64,000 bases of DNA from Dendrobates tinctorius (taxonomy: Eukaryota), in contig NW_027361679.1 in NCBI RefSeq assembly GCF_039654945.1, positions 81,530,001 to 81,594,000 on the forward strand, in the 5' to 3' direction. Numbering within the stretch: position 1 is the stretch's first letter; every line of letters begins with the position of its first letter. Position numbers and translations under genes: made by a program. The notes beneath the pieces are model-generated. The model did not search any database and had not been told where the DNA came from. It worked only from the letters and a program-made list of their open reading frames with translations. Below are positions 60,896 to 64,000 of the stretch, piece after piece.

Positions 60896-63800
60896 CCCCT
60901 TACTGCCATGTGACGTACTATCCCGTCCATGTGCCCTGGGACTGAATTCCCAGGGACGGGATAGTACGTCACAGCGCCGCTGATCACGGCCGGGTGTCAG
61001 CTGATTATCACAGCTGACACCCGGCACAATGTGTCAGGGGCGGTCACGGACCGCCCCCGACACGTTAACCCCTTGCACACCGCGATCAAACACGATTGCG
61101 GTGTACCGGGGGTTAAAGGGAAGCATCGGCAGGGAGAGGGGGCTCCCTCCGTGCTTCCCTGAGCCCCCCACAGCAGCGCAATGTGCAGCGCTGCTGCGGG
61201 GGGCTCCATCCCTTCAGGTCCCCGAATCCAAGATGGCGACAGGGGCCTGCAGGGAGCTGGCTTCTTCATGCCTGCAAAGCGCAGGCAAGGAGGAAGCCTT
61301 GTGCAGTGCCTGTGACAGATCGCTGATCTGTCAGTGATCTGTGATGTGACAGATCAGCGATCTGTCACAGGACAGTGATGTCCCACCTGGGACAATGTAA
61401 TAAAGTTAAAAAAAGTGTAAAAAATCGCTAAAAAAATAAAATTCCCTAATTCATTTTTTGGAAATTAAAAAAAAAAAACAGTACACATTTGGTATCACCG
61501 CGTCCGTAACGACCCGCCCTATAAAACTGTACCATTAGTTAACCCCTTTAGCGAACCCCTTAAAAATTAAAAAATGAAGCAAAAAATGATTTATCCTACC
61601 GCCGAACAAAGTGCAATAACACGCATATAAATATGCATGGTGCCTCTGAAAACGTCATCTTGTACCGCAAAAAAAACGAGCCGCCATATAGCGTCATCAG
61701 TGAAAAAATAAGTTATAACTCGCGGAATAAAGCGATGCAAGAATAATTTTTTATATAAAATTGTTTTCATTGCATAAAAGCGCCAAAACATAAAAACCTA
61801 AATGAGGTATCGCTGTAACCGTACTGACCCGAAGAATAAAAGGGCTTTATCAATTTTACCGCACGCGGAACAGTGTAAACGCACCCCCCAAAAGAAATTC
61901 ATGAAATGCTGTTTTTTGTTCATTCTGCGTCCCAAAAATCGGAATAAAAAGCAATCTAAAGATGTCAGGTGCCCGAACATGATACCAATAAAAGCGTCAA
62001 CTCGTCCTGCAAAAAATAAGACCTCACATGACTCAGTGGGTCAAAATACGGAAAAATTATAGCTCTCAATATGTGGTGATGCAAAAAACTATTTTTACAA
62101 TAAAAAGCGTCTTTTAGCGTGTGACAGCTGCCAAACATGAAAACCGCCATAAATTGTAACTCGCCCCCCCCCCGTGTTATCACCCCCTTAGTTAGGGAAA
62201 AATAATAGGGCTAGGGCTGAGATCAGGGTTAGGGGTGTGTTGGGGTTATGGTTGGAGTTAGAATTGGGGGGTTTCCACTGTTTGGGCACATCAGGTGCTC
62301 TCCAAATGCAACATGGCGTCTGATCTCAATTCCAGCCAATTCTGCGTTGAAAAAGTCAAATGGTGCTCCTTCCCTTCCAAGCTCTGCCATGCGCCCGAAC
62401 AGTGTTTTACCCCCACATATAGGGTATCGGCGTACTCGGGACAAATTGCAAAACAACTTTTGGGGTCCAATTTCTCCTGTTACCCTTTAGCAAAATAAAA
62501 AATTGGGTGCAAAAATATCATTTTTGTGGAAAAAATGTTTTGTTTTTTTTATTATCACGCCCGGGCGTTATAAACTTCTGTGAAGCACCTGGGGGTTCAA
62601 AGTGCTCACCACACATCTAGATAAGTTCCTTGGGGGGTCTAGTGTCCAAAATGGGGTCACTTGTGGGGAGTTTCAATAGTTTAGGTACATCAGGGGCTCT
62701 CCAAATGCACATGACACCCGCAGACCATTCCATCAGTCTGCATTCCAAAACATCACTACTTCCCTTCTGAGCCCCGACATGTGCCCATACAGTAGTTTTC
62801 TCCCACATATGGGGTATCGGCGTACTCAGGACAAACTGGACAAAAACTTTTGGGGTCCAATTTCTCCTAGTACCTTTGGGAAAATAAAAAAAAAAAATTG
62901 GTGACTAAAAGATCATGTTTGTGGAAAAAATACGATTTTTTTTTTTTTTACGCCCGGTCGTTATAAACTTCTATGAAGCACTTGGGGGTTCAAAGTGCTC
63001 ACCACACATCTAGATAAGTTCCTTGGGAGGTCTAGTTTCCAAAATGCTGTACCTAAACAGTGGAAACCCCCCACGAATGACATCTGGGGCTCTCCAAACG
63101 TGACATGGCGTCAGATCTGAATTCTAGCCAATTTTGCATTGAAAAAGTCAAACGGCGCTCCTTCCCTTCTGAGCTCTGCCTGCAACAATGGTTCTCCCCC
63201 ACATATCAGGTATCAGCGTACTCGGGACAAACTGCACAATAACTTTTGCAGTCCAACTTCTCCTGTTACCCTTGGTAAAGTAAAGTAAAAAAAATTGAAC
63301 ATGAAGTATTTTTTTTTTTTTTTTTGTGAAAAAAAGTTAAATGTTCGTTTTCTTTTTTTTTTTTAATCAAAAAATTCCTGTGAAGCACCTGAAGGGTTAA
63401 TGAACTTCTTGAATGTGGTTTTGAGCACCTTTAGGGGTGCAGTTTTTAGAGTGGTGTCACTTTTGGGTATTTTCTATCATATAGACCCCTCAAATTGGCT
63501 TCAAATGTGATGTGGTCCCTAAAAATAAAATGGTGTTGCAAAAATGAGAAATCGCTGGTCAACTTTTAACCCTTATAACTTCCAAAAAAAAAAAAAATTT
63601 TGGTTCCAAAATTGTGCTGATGTAAAGTAAACATGTGGGAAATGTTACTTACTGAGTTTTTTGGGTGCTATATCTGTGATTTAAGGGCATAAAAATGCAA
63701 AGTTGGAAAATTGCGAAATTTTCGCCAAACACAAGTTATATGAATGAAATTTTACCACTAGCATGAAGTACAATGTCACGAGAAAACATTGTCAGAATCG

Positions 63801-63904
63801 CCAGGATCCATGGAAGCGTTCCAGAGTTATTACCTCATAAAGGGACAGTGGTCAGAATGTATAAATTGGCCCGGTCATGAACGTGCAAACCACCCTTGGG
63901 GGTT
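60896..63904. mobile_element. piggyBac/T2-type long non-autonomous element with ~400-bp internal tandem units
   Basis: Starts (C)TAA|CCCCTT; repeats of ccccacatat..ggtatc.gcgtactc.ggacaaa at ~62411, 62802 and 63197; the right end is uncertain. Confidence 0.6.
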
Positions 63905-64000
63905 GAGTTCTCACGTGGCATTTTTTCACGTTTCCGCGGCGGTTTTAGCCGCACGATTTTGCTGCGAAAGGCGAGAAATAAGCATCCCATGCATTCCTAT

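Overview
Repeat-dense vertebrate genomic DNA. It is most likely anuran (frog), an inference from the MITE/SINE/DIRS/Penelope families, not a database result. The only host gene is coding exon 1 of MFSD12 (30716-30977, +) with its CpG/CCAAT promoter; the rest of the window appears to be its >33 kb first intron. Everything else is deeply nested transposable elements. (1) 910-18273: a piggyBac-type non-autonomous element holds a Neptune-type Penelope-like element (PLE) with two hammerhead-bearing pseudo-LTRs. The PLE holds a complete two-gene Harbinger, which holds two solo LTRs, a Helitron and a MITE. (2) ~21000-30170: a decayed Chapaev3-like transposon carries an intronless COPS3 3' cDNA fragment, itself split by a Tc1 that carries a MITE and a solo LTR. 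(3) In the MFSD12 intron: two near full-length DIRS elements plus a remnant, a Gypsy pol relic split by several insertions, four Tc1 elements, a SINE, hammerhead-bearing PLE remnants and a second Helitron. The best candidate for an undescribed system is the expression architecture of the PLE. An ORF1-like N-terminal domain meets RT-EN at an in-frame U-UUU-UUA slippery site, nearly the whole RT/GIY-YIG region lies between a strong splice donor and acceptor, and a 3' internal promoter is followed by regularly spaced mini-exons leading into the ribozyme-bearing pLTR. All coordinates were read by eye; family assignments rest on motif recognition.
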